DNA of 64,000 nt from Vampirovibrio chlorellavorus (GCF_003149375.1 NZ_QFWH01000001.1:24753-88752), one strand, 5' to 3'. Positions 1 through 9,762 are shown, numbered from the stretch's first letter. Notes: generated by a model from the sequence alone, not told the origin. Program-made: numbers and translations.

Positions 1-305
1 AGTCGGACGTGGCCTTTTTCCTACAACTGTCCCGAAATAAACCGCCAGAATCCCCTAAGGATTTGAGCCTGTGGGAAGTAGCCCCGGCCTTTATGGTCAG
101 CGAGCTGCGCACCGCCTTTGAAATCGGCTTTATCATTTTCATTCCCTTTATTGTCATTGACCTGGTGGTGGCCAATATCCTGCTGGCCCTGGGGATGATG
201 ATGTTATCGCCCACCATTATTTCCCTGCCCTTTAAAATCCTGATTTTTGTGGCCGTGGATGGTTGGAGCCTGATTGTAAACGGGCTGGTACAGAGCTTTA
301 ACTAG
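1..305 (+). CDS. fliP: Flagellar export gate protein FliP, C-terminal part (runs off left edge)
   Basis: PAFMVSELRTAFEIGFIIFIPFIVIDLVVANILLALGMMMLSPTIISLPFKILIFVAVDGW is the conserved FliP C-terminus; followed by fliQ and fliR. Confidence 0.95.
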   Translation, partial: SDVAFFLQLSRNKPPESPKDLSLWEVAPAFMVSELRTAFEIGFIIFIPFIVIDLVVANILLALGMMMLSPTIISLPFKILIFVAVDGWSLIVNGLVQSFN

Positions 306-362
306 AGAACCCCGCCGAGCGAGGCGTCATGGGCTGCAAGCCCTCAGTGAGGACGGACTGTT

Positions 363-875
363 ATGGAGATATTGCTGGAACATTTGGGCCGGGGGCTGAT
401 GCTCAGCCTGTTGATGTCCCTGCCTGCCGTGCTGATGGCCGCTGCCATTGGTTTGGTGGTGGGTATTTTGCAAGCGGTCACCCAGGTGCAGGAGCAAACC
501 ATTGCTGCCGCCCCCAAAATCGTGGGGGTTTTTGCGGTCATATTGCTGGGCGGCGGCCTGATGATGAACATGATGACGGACTATGTGCGGGAATCCATGC
601 AGATTGCCTTCAGCGATGTCCCCGAGGACGGCATCTTCGTGATGCCCACCACCCGGCACCAAACCCCGGGCCAATTGCGGGCCAAACACTTTTTTGAGTT
701 GCAAGCCAAAGAAGGCGCTAACAGCGCTAAATTAAAAGAGTTTGCCGCCCAGTGGGAAATGCCAGACAGCGACGGGGCCGCGGGGGCCACCCTCAAGGTG
801 CGGCAGGGCGGGAGCAAAGGGGGTGCCCTCAGTATCCCCGAGAAAATGACCCTGCAAAAAGACGGCAAGCGGTAG
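363..875 (+). CDS. fliQ: Flagellar export protein FliQ with an ~80-aa C-terminal extension
   Basis: N-terminal ~90 aa carry the FliQ signature GLVVGILQAVTQVQEQTIAAAPK; lies between fliP and fliR. Confidence 0.9.
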   Translation: MEILLEHLGRGLMLSLLMSLPAVLMAAAIGLVVGILQAVTQVQEQTIAAAPKIVGVFAVILLGGGLMMNMMTDYVRESMQIAFSDVPEDGIFVMPTTRHQTPGQLRAKHFFELQAKEGANSAKLKEFAAQWEMPDSDGAAGATLKVRQGGSKGGALSIPEKMTLQKDGKR

Positions 876-884
876 GACAGGCGC

Positions 885-1691
885 ATGCACTTTGACGCGG
901 CTCTGGAATCGTTCGGTCGGCTGCACCACCAGTTGGGGCCGGTGGTCGATGGGGTGCTGCTGATGTTTTTCCGCATGCTGGCCTTTACCACCACCGGGCC
1001 CATTTTTAACCGCAAGAACATTCCCATTGTGCTTAAAATCAGCGCGGCTATTTTCTTTACCGGAGCCATGGCCTGGCTGGTACCACCCCATCAGGATACC
1101 GGGCCCCTGTCCCCCGGCGGAGACTATCCCTCCTTTCTGATTCAGTTGGTGCTGAATATTGTGGTGGGGGCTTTTCTGGGCTTTATGGCCGATATGATTT
1201 TGCAGGCCGCCTACGCCGCAGGGAACGTCATGAACAACCAGATCGGCTTGTCCTCCGCCATGATTATGGACCCGGCCAGCGGCAAGCAGGCCATGTTGCT
1301 AGAAACGCTGTTTAACAACATCACCATTTTGTTGTTCATTGAACTGGGCGGCGTTCACTGGATGCTGAGCGCCCTGAAGCGCAGCTTTCAGGTCTTTCCC
1401 CTGTATGCCATGCAGCATAACTTTGCCCAGGCCATCAGTGTGGACTATCTGGTGACGCTTTCCGGCAATATTGTGCTGATTGGGGTGCAGTTGGTCTCGC
1501 CCATTATGGTGGTGACTATGGCCGTGGATCTGATGCTGGGCATCATGAACCGAACCGCCCAGCAGATGCCCGTCTTTCAGCTCAGTTTTGCCCTGAAGCC
1601 GTCCATTGGCATCGCCGTGATGCTGATGACCATGACCGTATTTTTACAGGCCTTGAGCAACTACCTCAACGAGTACGCCCATATTTTTTAA
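885..1691 (+). CDS. fliR: Flagellar export protein FliR
   Basis: Hydrophobic 268 aa with FliR motifs (QIGLSSAMIMDP, DLMLGIMNRTAQQMPVFQLSFALK); operon context. Confidence 0.95.
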   Translation: MHFDAALESFGRLHHQLGPVVDGVLLMFFRMLAFTTTGPIFNRKNIPIVLKISAAIFFTGAMAWLVPPHQDTGPLSPGGDYPSFLIQLVLNIVVGAFLGFMADMILQAAYAAGNVMNNQIGLSSAMIMDPASGKQAMLLETLFNNITILLFIELGGVHWMLSALKRSFQVFPLYAMQHNFAQAISVDYLVTLSGNIVLIGVQLVSPIMVVTMAVDLMLGIMNRTAQQMPVFQLSFALKPSIGIAVMLMTMTVFLQALSNYLNEYAHIF

Positions 1692-1834
1692 GCGCCTTTG
1701 TCTGAGCTGCACGCAGTTTTAGAAACAGGTTGTGCAAGGAGACTCGCCTGATGATTAGGAGGATGTCCGGCCCGACCACACAGGGTATGATCAGGGGAGT
1801 GTGAGGATTGATTTCCGTTTAAGGAGTGATTCGT

Positions 1835-4606
1835 ATGGCCGCTGGCCCCAACCCCAACCCGGAGCCGGGTTTGCGCTTTCAGCGATTTTTCACCCGGGAA
1901 GGGCTGCACCCCTTTGACGCGGTGACCTTCGAGCGCCGGGAGGCTCGCATTACCAGCCCCACCGGAGAAGTGGTCTTTGAAATGCGGGATGTGGAAGTGC
2001 CTATCGAGTGGTCCCAGTTGGCCACCGACATTCTGGCCTCCAAGTACTTCCGCAAGCTGGGGGTCCCGGGCTCGGGCAGTGAAACCAGCCTGAAGCAGGT
2101 CTTGAACCGTATTACCACCACCATCCGCCAACAGGGAGAGGTGGTGGGCCTGTTTGCCAGCCCCGAAGACGCCAACAGTTTTGAAAGCGAACTGACCCAC
2201 TTGTTACTGCACCAGATGGGGGCTTTTAACTCGCCCGTGTGGTTCAACTGCGGGTTGTGGCATCAGTATGGCATTGCAGGCAGCGGGGGCAGCTGGTTCT
2301 GGAATCTCCAAACCCGACAGATTGAATCCACCGCCAACGCCTACCAGCATCCCCAATGTTCGGCCTGCTTTATTCAATCGGTGGATGATGACCTGATGGG
2401 GCTGTTTGAGCTGATGAAAACCGAGGCCCGGCTGTTTAAGTACGGCTCCGGCACGGGGACCAACTTCTCTCGCATTCGGGGCAAGCAGGAAAAACTGTCC
2501 GGCGGCGGATACTCTTCGGGTTTATTGTCCTTTCTGGAGGTGCTGGATCGGGGGGCCGGGGCCACCAAGTCCGGGGGCACCACTCGACGGGCGGCCAAAA
2601 TGGTTTGTCTGGATATGGATCACCCGGAAATTGTGGATTTTATCCACTGGAAGCGCAAGGAAGAGCTAAAAGTGCAGGCTCTAATTCAGGCCGGGTACTC
2701 GGGGGACTTTAACGGGGAAGCCTACCAGACCGTGGCGGGGCAGAACTCTAATAATTCGGTGCGGTTGAACAACCGCTTTATGCAGGCTTACCTGAATGAT
2801 GAGCCCTGGCAAACCACCCTGCGCACCACGGGGGAGGTCTGTGAGACTTTTCAGGCCAGAGATTTAATGCGACAAATTGCCGAATGCGCCTGGGCTTGCG
2901 CCGATCCAGGCGTCCAGTTTGATGATGTCATCAACGAGTGGCACACTTGCTCCACCGGTGGGCGGATTCGGGGCTCTAACCCCTGCTCGGAGTTTCATTT
3001 TCTGGATGATACGGCCTGCAATCTGGCCTCACTCAACTTGCTGAAGTTTGTGCAACCGGACGGGCAGTTTGATACTCCGGCGTTTCGGCAGGCTTGCCGG
3101 GTCTTTTTCACTGCTCAGGAGCTTTTGGTGGACCTGGCCTCTTACCCAACCGCCCGTATCGCCCAAAACAGCCACGATTATCGTCCGTTGGGGCTGGGCT
3201 ACGCCAATTTGGGGGCCTTGCTGATGCGCTGGGGCCTGCCCTATGACAGTCCCGAGAGTTACGCCATCACCGGGGCCATTACTGCCCTGATGACCGGAGA
3301 AGCCTACCGCACTTCCGCCGAACTGGCAGGAAGATTGGGAGCGTTTCCCGCCTTTCCCGAGAATCAGCAAAGCATGTTGACCGTCATGCGTAAGCACCAA
3401 GCGGCCTTGGCGGATATTCAGCCCGACCATTGCCCCACAGACTTGCTGGCAGAAGCGGTGAGCGTGTGGGATGAGGTGCTGACTCTGGGGCAACGGTATG
3501 GCTATCGCAATGCACAGGCCACGGTTTTAGCCCCCACGGGTACCATTGGCTTGCTGATGGATTGCGACACCACCGGCATCGAGCCGGATTTCGCCCTGAT
3601 TAAGTGGAAAAAGCTCTCCGGGGGTGGCACCCTGAAAATGGTCAACCACGGGGTGGCTCAGGCCCTGCAAGGGCTGGGGTACACCGAAGCCCAACAGCAG
3701 GCCATTGTGGCCTACGTGGATCAGACCGGCACCGTGGAAGGGGCTCCCGGCTTGCAGGAGGCCCATTACGCCATTTTCGATTGCGCCACGGCCTCCGGGC
3801 AGGGCACCCGCTTCATCGCCCCCATGGCCCACATCCACATGATGGCCGCCGCACAGCCTTTTTTGTCCGGGGCCATTTCCAAAACAGTCAATCTGCCCCA
3901 TTCGGCCACGGTAGAAGATATTGAGGCGCTTTATGTCACCGCCTGGCGCTTGGGCCTGAAGGGGGTGGCCTTGTACCGGGATGGTTGCAAGTTTTCTCAG
4001 CCCTTGAGTACCCAACCGCTTTCTAGTCAGGCTTCCACGCTTCCCTCGACAGAATCTTTACAAGCAGAGCAGCCGATTACGGTGGCTGTGGCAGGCCAGG
4101 CCTTGCGCCTTCAGGCCCAAACGTTTTCCGATCATCGCTTGGCCGCCATTCGCATTGAGGGAATCTTCACCGATGAGACGGTGAAGGCTTTGCTGCAATG
4201 TTGGCTGTACGCCGTGTCTCTGGCCTTGCAGGCCGGGGTTCCCCTGACCCGTTTTGTGGAAGCCTACGCCTTTACCGCCTTTGGCCCGGCTGGCTTAACC
4301 GATCATCCCCATGTGCGTCAATGCAGCTCGCTGGTGGATCTGATCACTCGCATTCTGGGCGTGGCGTATCTAGGTCGCTTTGAGTTGGCCCAGGCACCTC
4401 CCAGCGGTGCCGAGGCCCAACGCATTCTAAGTCGCCTGCCGCAAGCAGAACTTGTTTCCCCCCATGCGGGGACGAGTGCCCCTGACTCGTCGTTGGCCCA
4501 CCTGTGGGCAGAGGCGCCGCCCTGTAGCCAGTGTGGCAACCCGACCCTTCGGGATGGGGCCTGTTATCGCTGCCACAACTGCGGGCACTCTCAAGGCTGC
4601 GCCTGA
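1835..4606 (+). CDS. nrdJ: Class II (adenosylcobalamin-dependent) ribonucleotide reductase
   Basis: FNSPVW, CSACFI, SNPCSE active-site loop, APTGT, GAISKTVN, C-terminal CxxC..CxxC zinc ribbon; ATG 1835 follows AAGGAG (track start 1826 is a GTG inside the RBS). Confidence 0.95.
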   Translation: MAAGPNPNPEPGLRFQRFFTREGLHPFDAVTFERREARITSPTGEVVFEMRDVEVPIEWSQLATDILASKYFRKLGVPGSGSETSLKQVLNRITTTIRQQGEVVGLFASPEDANSFESELTHLLLHQMGAFNSPVWFNCGLWHQYGIAGSGGSWFWNLQTRQIESTANAYQHPQCSACFIQSVDDDLMGLFELMKTEARLFKYGSGTGTNFSRIRGKQEKLSGGGYSSGLLSFLEVLDRGAGATKSGGTTRRAAKMVCLDMDHPEIVDFIHWKRKEELKVQALIQAGYSGDFNGEAYQTVAGQNSNNSVRLNNRFMQAYLNDEPWQTTLRTTGEVCETFQARDLMRQIAECAWACADPGVQFDDVINEWHTCSTGGRIRGSNPCSEFHFLDDTACNLASLNLLKFVQPDGQFDTPAFRQACRVFFTAQELLVDLASYPTARIAQNSHDYRPLGLGYANLGALLMRWGLPYDSPESYAITGAITALMTGEAYRTSAELAGRLGAFPAFPENQQSMLTVMRKHQAALADIQPDHCPTDLLAEAVSVWDEVLTLGQRYGYRNAQATVLAPTGTIGLLMDCDTTGIEPDFALIKWKKLSGGGTLKMVNHGVAQALQGLGYTEAQQQAIVAYVDQTGTVEGAPGLQEAHYAIFDCATASGQGTRFIAPMAHIHMMAAAQPFLSGAISKTVNLPHSATVEDIEALYVTAWRLGLKGVALYRDGCKFSQPLSTQPLSSQASTLPSTESLQAEQPITVAVAGQALRLQAQTFSDHRLAAIRIEGIFTDETVKALLQCWLYAVSLALQAGVPLTRFVEAYAFTAFGPAGLTDHPHVRQCSSLVDLITRILGVAYLGRFELAQAPPSGAEAQRILSRLPQAELVSPHAGTSAPDSSLAHLWAEAPPCSQCGNPTLRDGACYRCHNCGHSQGCA

Positions 4607-4630
4607 GACGGTTCTGTTTTAGCTGCAAGC

Positions 4631-4664
4631 AAAAGCCCCACCGAGCAATTCGATGGGGCTTTTA
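4631..4664. terminator. Bidirectional intrinsic terminator between convergent nrdJ and korB
   Basis: AAAAGCCCCA-13 nt-TGGGGCTTTTT inverted repeat with A and T tails. Confidence 0.85.
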
Positions 4665-4685
4665 GATTGGTAATGACCCGGCCGA

Positions 4686-5675
4686 TTAAATGGTGAAATC
4701 GGCAGCGGCCTTGGACAGATCGGTGTTGGCGATCATGGTCTGAGGGTCGTAGTAGGGCAGTTCCACCGGGGTGAACTCGTTCAGCAGCGGAATATTCTTT
4801 TTCAGAATGTCCTGGAACGTGGGGCGTTCAATCTGGTAGTACACACCCAGCGCCACGCGGTCTTCCACCTTGTGGGCCTGCTCGAAGCACTGAGCCTGCT
4901 TGGCGTTGACTTCATTGATGTCGTTGGGGTTTTTCACCACGCCATCGTAGCCTTCGTTCTCCAGATAGTAAACCCGAGGAACCTGGCTGCCGCCCACATC
5001 CACCATCTCGGCGAAGTAGTCCTTCGTGTGGATGTTGTTGTAGGTGGGGCAAGGCTGCAGGACATCAATCAGAGCCATCCCTTTGTGCTGGATGGCTTTC
5101 ATGATGGTTTCCTTCAGGTGCTTGGCATCGAAGGCGTAACTACGGGCAATGAAAGTGTAGCCGCAGGCCAACGCCAGGGTCACCGGGTTGATGGCGGTGG
5201 TTGGATTGGGCAGGGCCAGGGACTTGGGCTGTGCGCCCTGGGCCAAAGTCGGGGAGGCCTGACCTTTGGTCAAACCGTACACTTCGTTGTTGAACACCAC
5301 GTAGGTCATGTCCATGTTCCGGCGACCGGCGTGGACAAAGTGACCCGCGCCAATCCCGTAGCCGTCACCGTCGCCACCGGCGGCGATGATGTGCAGGTTG
5401 GGGTTGGCCAGCTTGGCGCCCTGGGCAAACGCCAGCGAGCGACCGTGCAGGGTGTGCATGCCGTAGGTGTGGATGTAGTGAGGCACTTTACCGGAGCAAC
5501 CCACACCGGAGACGATGAAGGTTTCCCAAGGCTTCATGCCCAGACCAGCGATGGCTTGCTGAATGGAATTGGTAATCCCGAAGTCGCCGCAACCGGGGCA
5601 CCATTCGGAATGGATGTCGCTTTTGAGCTGCGAGCCCTTCAGCGGTGTTTTCAAGGGGGTGGGACTAGAGACCAT
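4686..5675 (-). CDS. korB: 2-oxoacid:ferredoxin oxidoreductase beta subunit
   Basis: WCPGCGDFGI, VSGVGCSGK, HTLHGR, GGDGDG TPP-binding motif, GLTKGQASPT; ATG 5675 overlaps the alpha-subunit stop. Confidence 0.93.
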   Translation of the reverse strand: MVSSPTPLKTPLKGSQLKSDIHSEWCPGCGDFGITNSIQQAIAGLGMKPWETFIVSGVGCSGKVPHYIHTYGMHTLHGRSLAFAQGAKLANPNLHIIAAGGDGDGYGIGAGHFVHAGRRNMDMTYVVFNNEVYGLTKGQASPTLAQGAQPKSLALPNPTTAINPVTLALACGYTFIARSYAFDAKHLKETIMKAIQHKGMALIDVLQPCPTYNNIHTKDYFAEMVDVGGSQVPRVYYLENEGYDGVVKNPNDINEVNAKQAQCFEQAHKVEDRVALGVYYQIERPTFQDILKKNIPLLNEFTPVELPYYDPQTMIANTDLSKAAADFTI

Positions 5676-7512
5676 AGGACAATACCACCTTTCTGGACTG
5701 TTTCTCGTTAATTTCTTGAATGGCGGCAACCAGCTCGGTTTCAGAAATCGGACGACCGCTCCACTTCAGCACTTCATGCTCAATCTGGATACCCGTGCGC
5801 ATGGTGATGAGTTGGGTGATTTGACCGCCGAAGCTGCTTTCCACCACCACGGCCCGTTTCACGTTCGCCATGGCTTTCTTGAAGGCATCTACCGGGAATG
5901 GGCTCAACAGGCGGATCTGAATGAAGTTGACATCCAGATTGTGCTTTTCTTTCAGCACTTTAATGGTGTCCAGAATCACGCCCTTGGTGGAACCCCAGCT
6001 GACAATGGTGATAGGGGCGTTTTCCGGCCCATGAACCACCAGTTGATCTTCCGGCAGGATTTCCCGAGCGGCCAGATCCAGCTTTTTCATCCGCTTTTCC
6101 TGCATGGGAATGCGGATTTCCGGCTCTTCGGTAATGTGGCCATACTCGCAATGCTCGTCACCGGTCATCCAGTAGATGTGGCCGGGCATGCCGGGCAGGG
6201 CACGGGGAGAAATGCCGTCTTCGGTGATTTTGAAGCGGGGGAACTTTTGCAGGGCCGCTTCAATGTTGTTTTCATCAAATTTGGCGTCTTTACCGGCCAT
6301 TACGCCCAGATCGACTTTCATGTTGCTGTCATCGAACTTGGGGAAGCACACGGTGTTGTTGGCCAGCAACTTATCGCTGATGAAGGTGACCGGGGTCTGG
6401 TAGCGATCCGCGTAGTTGAAGGCCTTGAAGGTGTCGTAGAACTGCTCGCGGGCATCGCCGGGGCACATGACGATCTTGGGGTACTCGCCATGGCCGCTGA
6501 ACAGGCAGGCCAGCATGTCGGTTTGCTCATGACGGGTGGGCAAACCGGTGGAGGGGCCGCCCCGCATGTAGTTGAACATAACCACAGGCACTTCGTTGAT
6601 GCCCGCCCAGCCGAGACCTTCGGTCATCAGGTCCATACCGGGACCAGAGGTGGAGGTGGAGGCCCGAACGCCAGTGGTACCACCACCGATGGCCATGTTG
6701 ATGGCTGCGATTTCATCTTCGCACTGCACAACCGGCAAACCGTACTCGGACAGGTCTTCCAGGTAAATGCACTCATCCACGGCCGGGGTAATGGAGTAGT
6801 AGGTTTGCAGACGGCAACCCGCTTTGAGCTTGGCCAAACCAGTAGCCACAGCGGCGTTCAGCAGGTAACGGGAGCCTTTGGCCGGAACCGTGGCCGGTTT
6901 TTCCATTACATAATTGAACTTGGCCGTATCCGGGTTGTTTTTCATGATTTCGTAAGCCTTGGTGGCCGCTTGCATGTTCAGCGAAACCAGCTTGGCTTTG
7001 CTGCCGGTGAAGATGCCGTTCAGGGCTTCTTCAATAGCGCTGATATCGAGTTGACACAGGGCCATGGAGGCAGCCACGGCAATGGTGTTCTTGATGATGG
7101 ACAGGCTGGTTTGGGTTTTGCCCGTGGCCTGGGCAATCTCTTCCAGAATCTGATCAAAGGGGATGGGGAACAGCAAGACGCCCGGTTTTAAATCCAGCTT
7201 GGCGGGATCGGTGACTTTGGGGTCGTAGATGAAAGCGCCATCGTCCACGATTTCAAAGGCGTGCAGTTGGGCAGTCGAGTTTTCAAAGGTGGCCAACAGG
7301 TTGACGGGATCGGTATGGCTGTAAACAGGCTCGGTTTTCACCCGAACTTGAAAGTAGCTATGCTCCCCCTTGATGTTGGAGTGGTATTCACGGCGACCGT
7401 AGACCCAGTAGCCGGCTACAGCGCAGGAGCGGGCAAACAGGGTGGCCGAGGAGTCAACCCCTGTCCCTTGTGGGCCGCCGATCATCCAGCATAAATCATG
7501 CGTGCGGTTCAT
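5665..7512 (-). CDS. korA: 2-oxoacid:acceptor oxidoreductase alpha subunit (gamma-alpha fusion)
   Basis: IGGPQGTGV, YHSNIKGEHS, YYSITPA, EDEIAA, STSGPG, RGGPSTGLPT motifs. Confidence 0.93.
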   Translation of the reverse strand: MNRTHDLCWMIGGPQGTGVDSSATLFARSCAVAGYWVYGRREYHSNIKGEHSYFQVRVKTEPVYSHTDPVNLLATFENSTAQLHAFEIVDDGAFIYDPKVTDPAKLDLKPGVLLFPIPFDQILEEIAQATGKTQTSLSIIKNTIAVAASMALCQLDISAIEEALNGIFTGSKAKLVSLNMQAATKAYEIMKNNPDTAKFNYVMEKPATVPAKGSRYLLNAAVATGLAKLKAGCRLQTYYSITPAVDECIYLEDLSEYGLPVVQCEDEIAAINMAIGGGTTGVRASTSTSGPGMDLMTEGLGWAGINEVPVVMFNYMRGGPSTGLPTRHEQTDMLACLFSGHGEYPKIVMCPGDAREQFYDTFKAFNYADRYQTPVTFISDKLLANNTVCFPKFDDSNMKVDLGVMAGKDAKFDENNIEAALQKFPRFKITEDGISPRALPGMPGHIYWMTGDEHCEYGHITEEPEIRIPMQEKRMKKLDLAAREILPEDQLVVHGPENAPITIVSWGSTKGVILDTIKVLKEKHNLDVNFIQIRLLSPFPVDAFKKAMANVKRAVVVESSFGGQITQLITMRTGIQIEHEVLKWSGRPISETELVAAIQEINEKQSRKVVLSYGL

Positions 7513-7821
7513 CTTGTATTGCTCTTTCTTTGTCTTGACTATTCCTGAGAGTTTGGAGAGCCTGCCTGGGGTTCAAGGAATAAACCAGACCCGGCCAGAT
7601 TCCAAACTGGACGTTGCCGAGGTCTTTGGAATCGTTGAATTCAGCGGAAACTGGGCGCACCGGTTCCAAAGTGTGCCTATTCTAGCAGAAACCAAAAAGT
7701 GCGTTAAGGATTTTGCACAAGCCCTTGTCCAATGTTTGAGAGGGCCGTTCGGGTCAGAAGGTCAGCCAGCTTAGTATGCTACTATTTTTTAATCCCCAAC
7801 CGATTGGTAAATCTCTTCCTT

Positions 7822-9393
7822 ATGAAAAACAAAGCCACCAACGCCAAACTGGTCATCCGCAATGCCACTCCAGCCGATTTGGTTGAAATTCAGCGCCTCT
7901 CTGAAAAAGTGTATCCCGATATACCGCCTTACTCACTGGATATCCTGAGAGGCCAGCTCAACAATTACCCGGAAGGGCAGTTTGTGGCCGTATACGATTC
8001 TAAAATCGTGGGCTATTGCGCCACCATACGGGTATCGGAGCAAGTGGCGATGGCCCCTCACACCTGGCGTCAAATTACGGGCGGCGGCTACGGCTCTACC
8101 CACTTGGCCACGGGGGAGTATCTTTATGGCATGGAAATCTTTGTGGATCCTGATTATCGGGGCTTGCGCATTGGGGAGCGCTTGTATAGCGAGCGCAAAA
8201 AATTATGCCGATACTATCGCCTGAAGGGTATCGTCTTTGGCGGGCGCATGCCGATGCTGAAGAAGCGGCTGAAGCAAGTGGGCTCGGTGGAGCAATATGT
8301 CGAGCAGGTCAAAGACCGTAAAATCAACGACCCCACCACCAGTTTTCAGTTGCGCCAGGGCTTTGAAATTATGGGGATTTTGCCCGATTACCTGCCCAGC
8401 GATAAGGAGTCCATGGGCACGGCCACCCATATGGTTTGGCGGAACCCGGAAGCTCCGGAGCCAGAGGGAAAATCACGCACCAATGCCGGTCGATTGCCGG
8501 AATCGGTGCGGGTGGCTACGGTGCAATACGAGCAGCGACGCATTCATTCCTTTGAAGAGTTTGAACAAATTGTGACCTACTTTGTGGATGTGGTTTCGGA
8601 TTATCGCTCGGATTTCGTGGTGTTCCCGGAGTTGTTTACCTTACAGTTGCTCTCCATTGAGAATGAACCCATTCCGCCGGATAAGTCCATTGATCGGCTA
8701 ACGGAATATACGGAAAAAATCAAGGAAATGTTCCTGCGGCTGGCCATTAAGTACAACATCAATATCATTGCCGGTTCGCACCCCACCAAAATGAAGGACG
8801 GATCCATCCAGAACGTGACTTTTGTGTGTTTGCGAGATGGTTCCATTCATGAGCAACCCAAGATTCATCCTACGCCCAACGAGCGGTATTGGTGGAATAT
8901 TCAGGGAGGTGACAACCTCAGCGTCATCCAGACCGACTGCGGCCCCATTGGGGTTTTGATTTGTTATGATTGCGAATTCCCGGAACTGGCCCGGCACTTG
9001 ATCGATCAGGGGGCCAATATTTTGTTTGTCCCCTTCTGTACCGATGAGCGCCAAGGGTATTTGCGGGTGCGTTATTCGGCTCAGGCCAGAGCGGTTGAGA
9101 ACCAGTGTTATGTGGCCATGTCCGGTAACGTGGGTAACCTGCCCCGGGTTCATAACATGGACATTCAGTACGCCCAAAGCTGTATTTTAACCCCGTGCGA
9201 TTTCTACTTTGCCCGCGATGGCATTGCCGCCGACACCACCCCCAACGTGGAAACGGTGGCATTTGCCGATTTGCGACTGGAATATATTTATCGGGCCCGC
9301 CATTCTGGCACGGTAATGAACCTGAAGGATCGTCGTCACGACCTCTATAGTGTGGTGTGGCATAAAAATAAGAAGCTCAGAAGCAAAGAGTAG
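7822..9393 (+). CDS. Bifunctional GNAT acetyltransferase / carbon-nitrogen hydrolase (nitrilase superfamily)
   Basis: N-terminal GNAT (VDPDYRGLRIGERLY); C-terminal C-N hydrolase with E (VFPELF), K (QPKIHPTP) and C (ICYDCEFPE) triad; ATG 7822 preferred over track start 7732. Confidence 0.9.
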   Translation: MKNKATNAKLVIRNATPADLVEIQRLSEKVYPDIPPYSLDILRGQLNNYPEGQFVAVYDSKIVGYCATIRVSEQVAMAPHTWRQITGGGYGSTHLATGEYLYGMEIFVDPDYRGLRIGERLYSERKKLCRYYRLKGIVFGGRMPMLKKRLKQVGSVEQYVEQVKDRKINDPTTSFQLRQGFEIMGILPDYLPSDKESMGTATHMVWRNPEAPEPEGKSRTNAGRLPESVRVATVQYEQRRIHSFEEFEQIVTYFVDVVSDYRSDFVVFPELFTLQLLSIENEPIPPDKSIDRLTEYTEKIKEMFLRLAIKYNINIIAGSHPTKMKDGSIQNVTFVCLRDGSIHEQPKIHPTPNERYWWNIQGGDNLSVIQTDCGPIGVLICYDCEFPELARHLIDQGANILFVPFCTDERQGYLRVRYSAQARAVENQCYVAMSGNVGNLPRVHNMDIQYAQSCILTPCDFYFARDGIAADTTPNVETVAFADLRLEYIYRARHSGTVMNLKDRRHDLYSVVWHKNKKLRSKE

Positions 9394-9487
9394 TCTCCTT
9401 CCATTGGGATGGTATTTGCCAAAAATCCTCCCCGACTGATTACTTCCGTGTAGGTTTTTTCTGCTTTCAGTTGGAATAATCCATTTA

Positions 9488-9628
9488 GAGACTATCCGAA
9501 AAGTATTTAGTCCGGTGTGGCGACAAGGCCGGAGCAGCGCAAGCAAGGCGCTTATACTGATAAGTAACGAAGCTGAGCAGCACACGAACGCAGTAGACGC
9601 CCGGAATGGAGGCTTTTCGGATAGTCTC
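9488..9628. mobile_element. Non-autonomous MITE (~141 bp) with 16-bp perfect terminal inverted repeats and a TTA target-site duplication
   Basis: GAGACTATCCGAAAAG (9488-9503) and CTTTTCGGATAGTCTC (9613-9628) are exact reverse complements; TTA directly flanks both ends; no transposase inside. Confidence 0.8.
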
Positions 9629-9715
9629 TTAGAGACCGGGCTGTTATCTTTACTCCTTGCCTTTGGGGTGATTGCCGGGGCATTTTGGGATGCGAAAAGA
9701 AATTCGTTTTCAGGG

Positions 9716-9762
9716 CTTGACTCCGTACCCTTGACCCCGTACCAAGGTACAGGGATTAAAGT
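9716..9762 (+). promoter_or_regulatory. MerR-type promoter/operator with a tandemly duplicated -35/left half-site
   Basis: TTGACC (9731-9736), dyad CCGTAC-caag-GTACAG, 20-bp spacer, TAAAGT (9757-9762); preceded by the near-identical 14-mer CTTGACTCCGTACC (9716-9729); matches the Tn21/Tn501 mer promoter layout TTGACT-CCGTAC-n4-GTACGG. Confidence 0.85.

Noticed and set aside
1692-1834. NrdR box or cobalamin riboswitch upstream of nrdJ
   Set aside because: No match to either consensus visible in the short spacer
5563-7191. Long antisense ORFs (this 542-aa one, and also 27495-28505, 45834-46607, 58958-60022, 60527-61297, 61775-63007)
   Set aside because: They lie exactly opposite well-supported genes and have no motifs; shadow frames are expected with GC-rich codon bias
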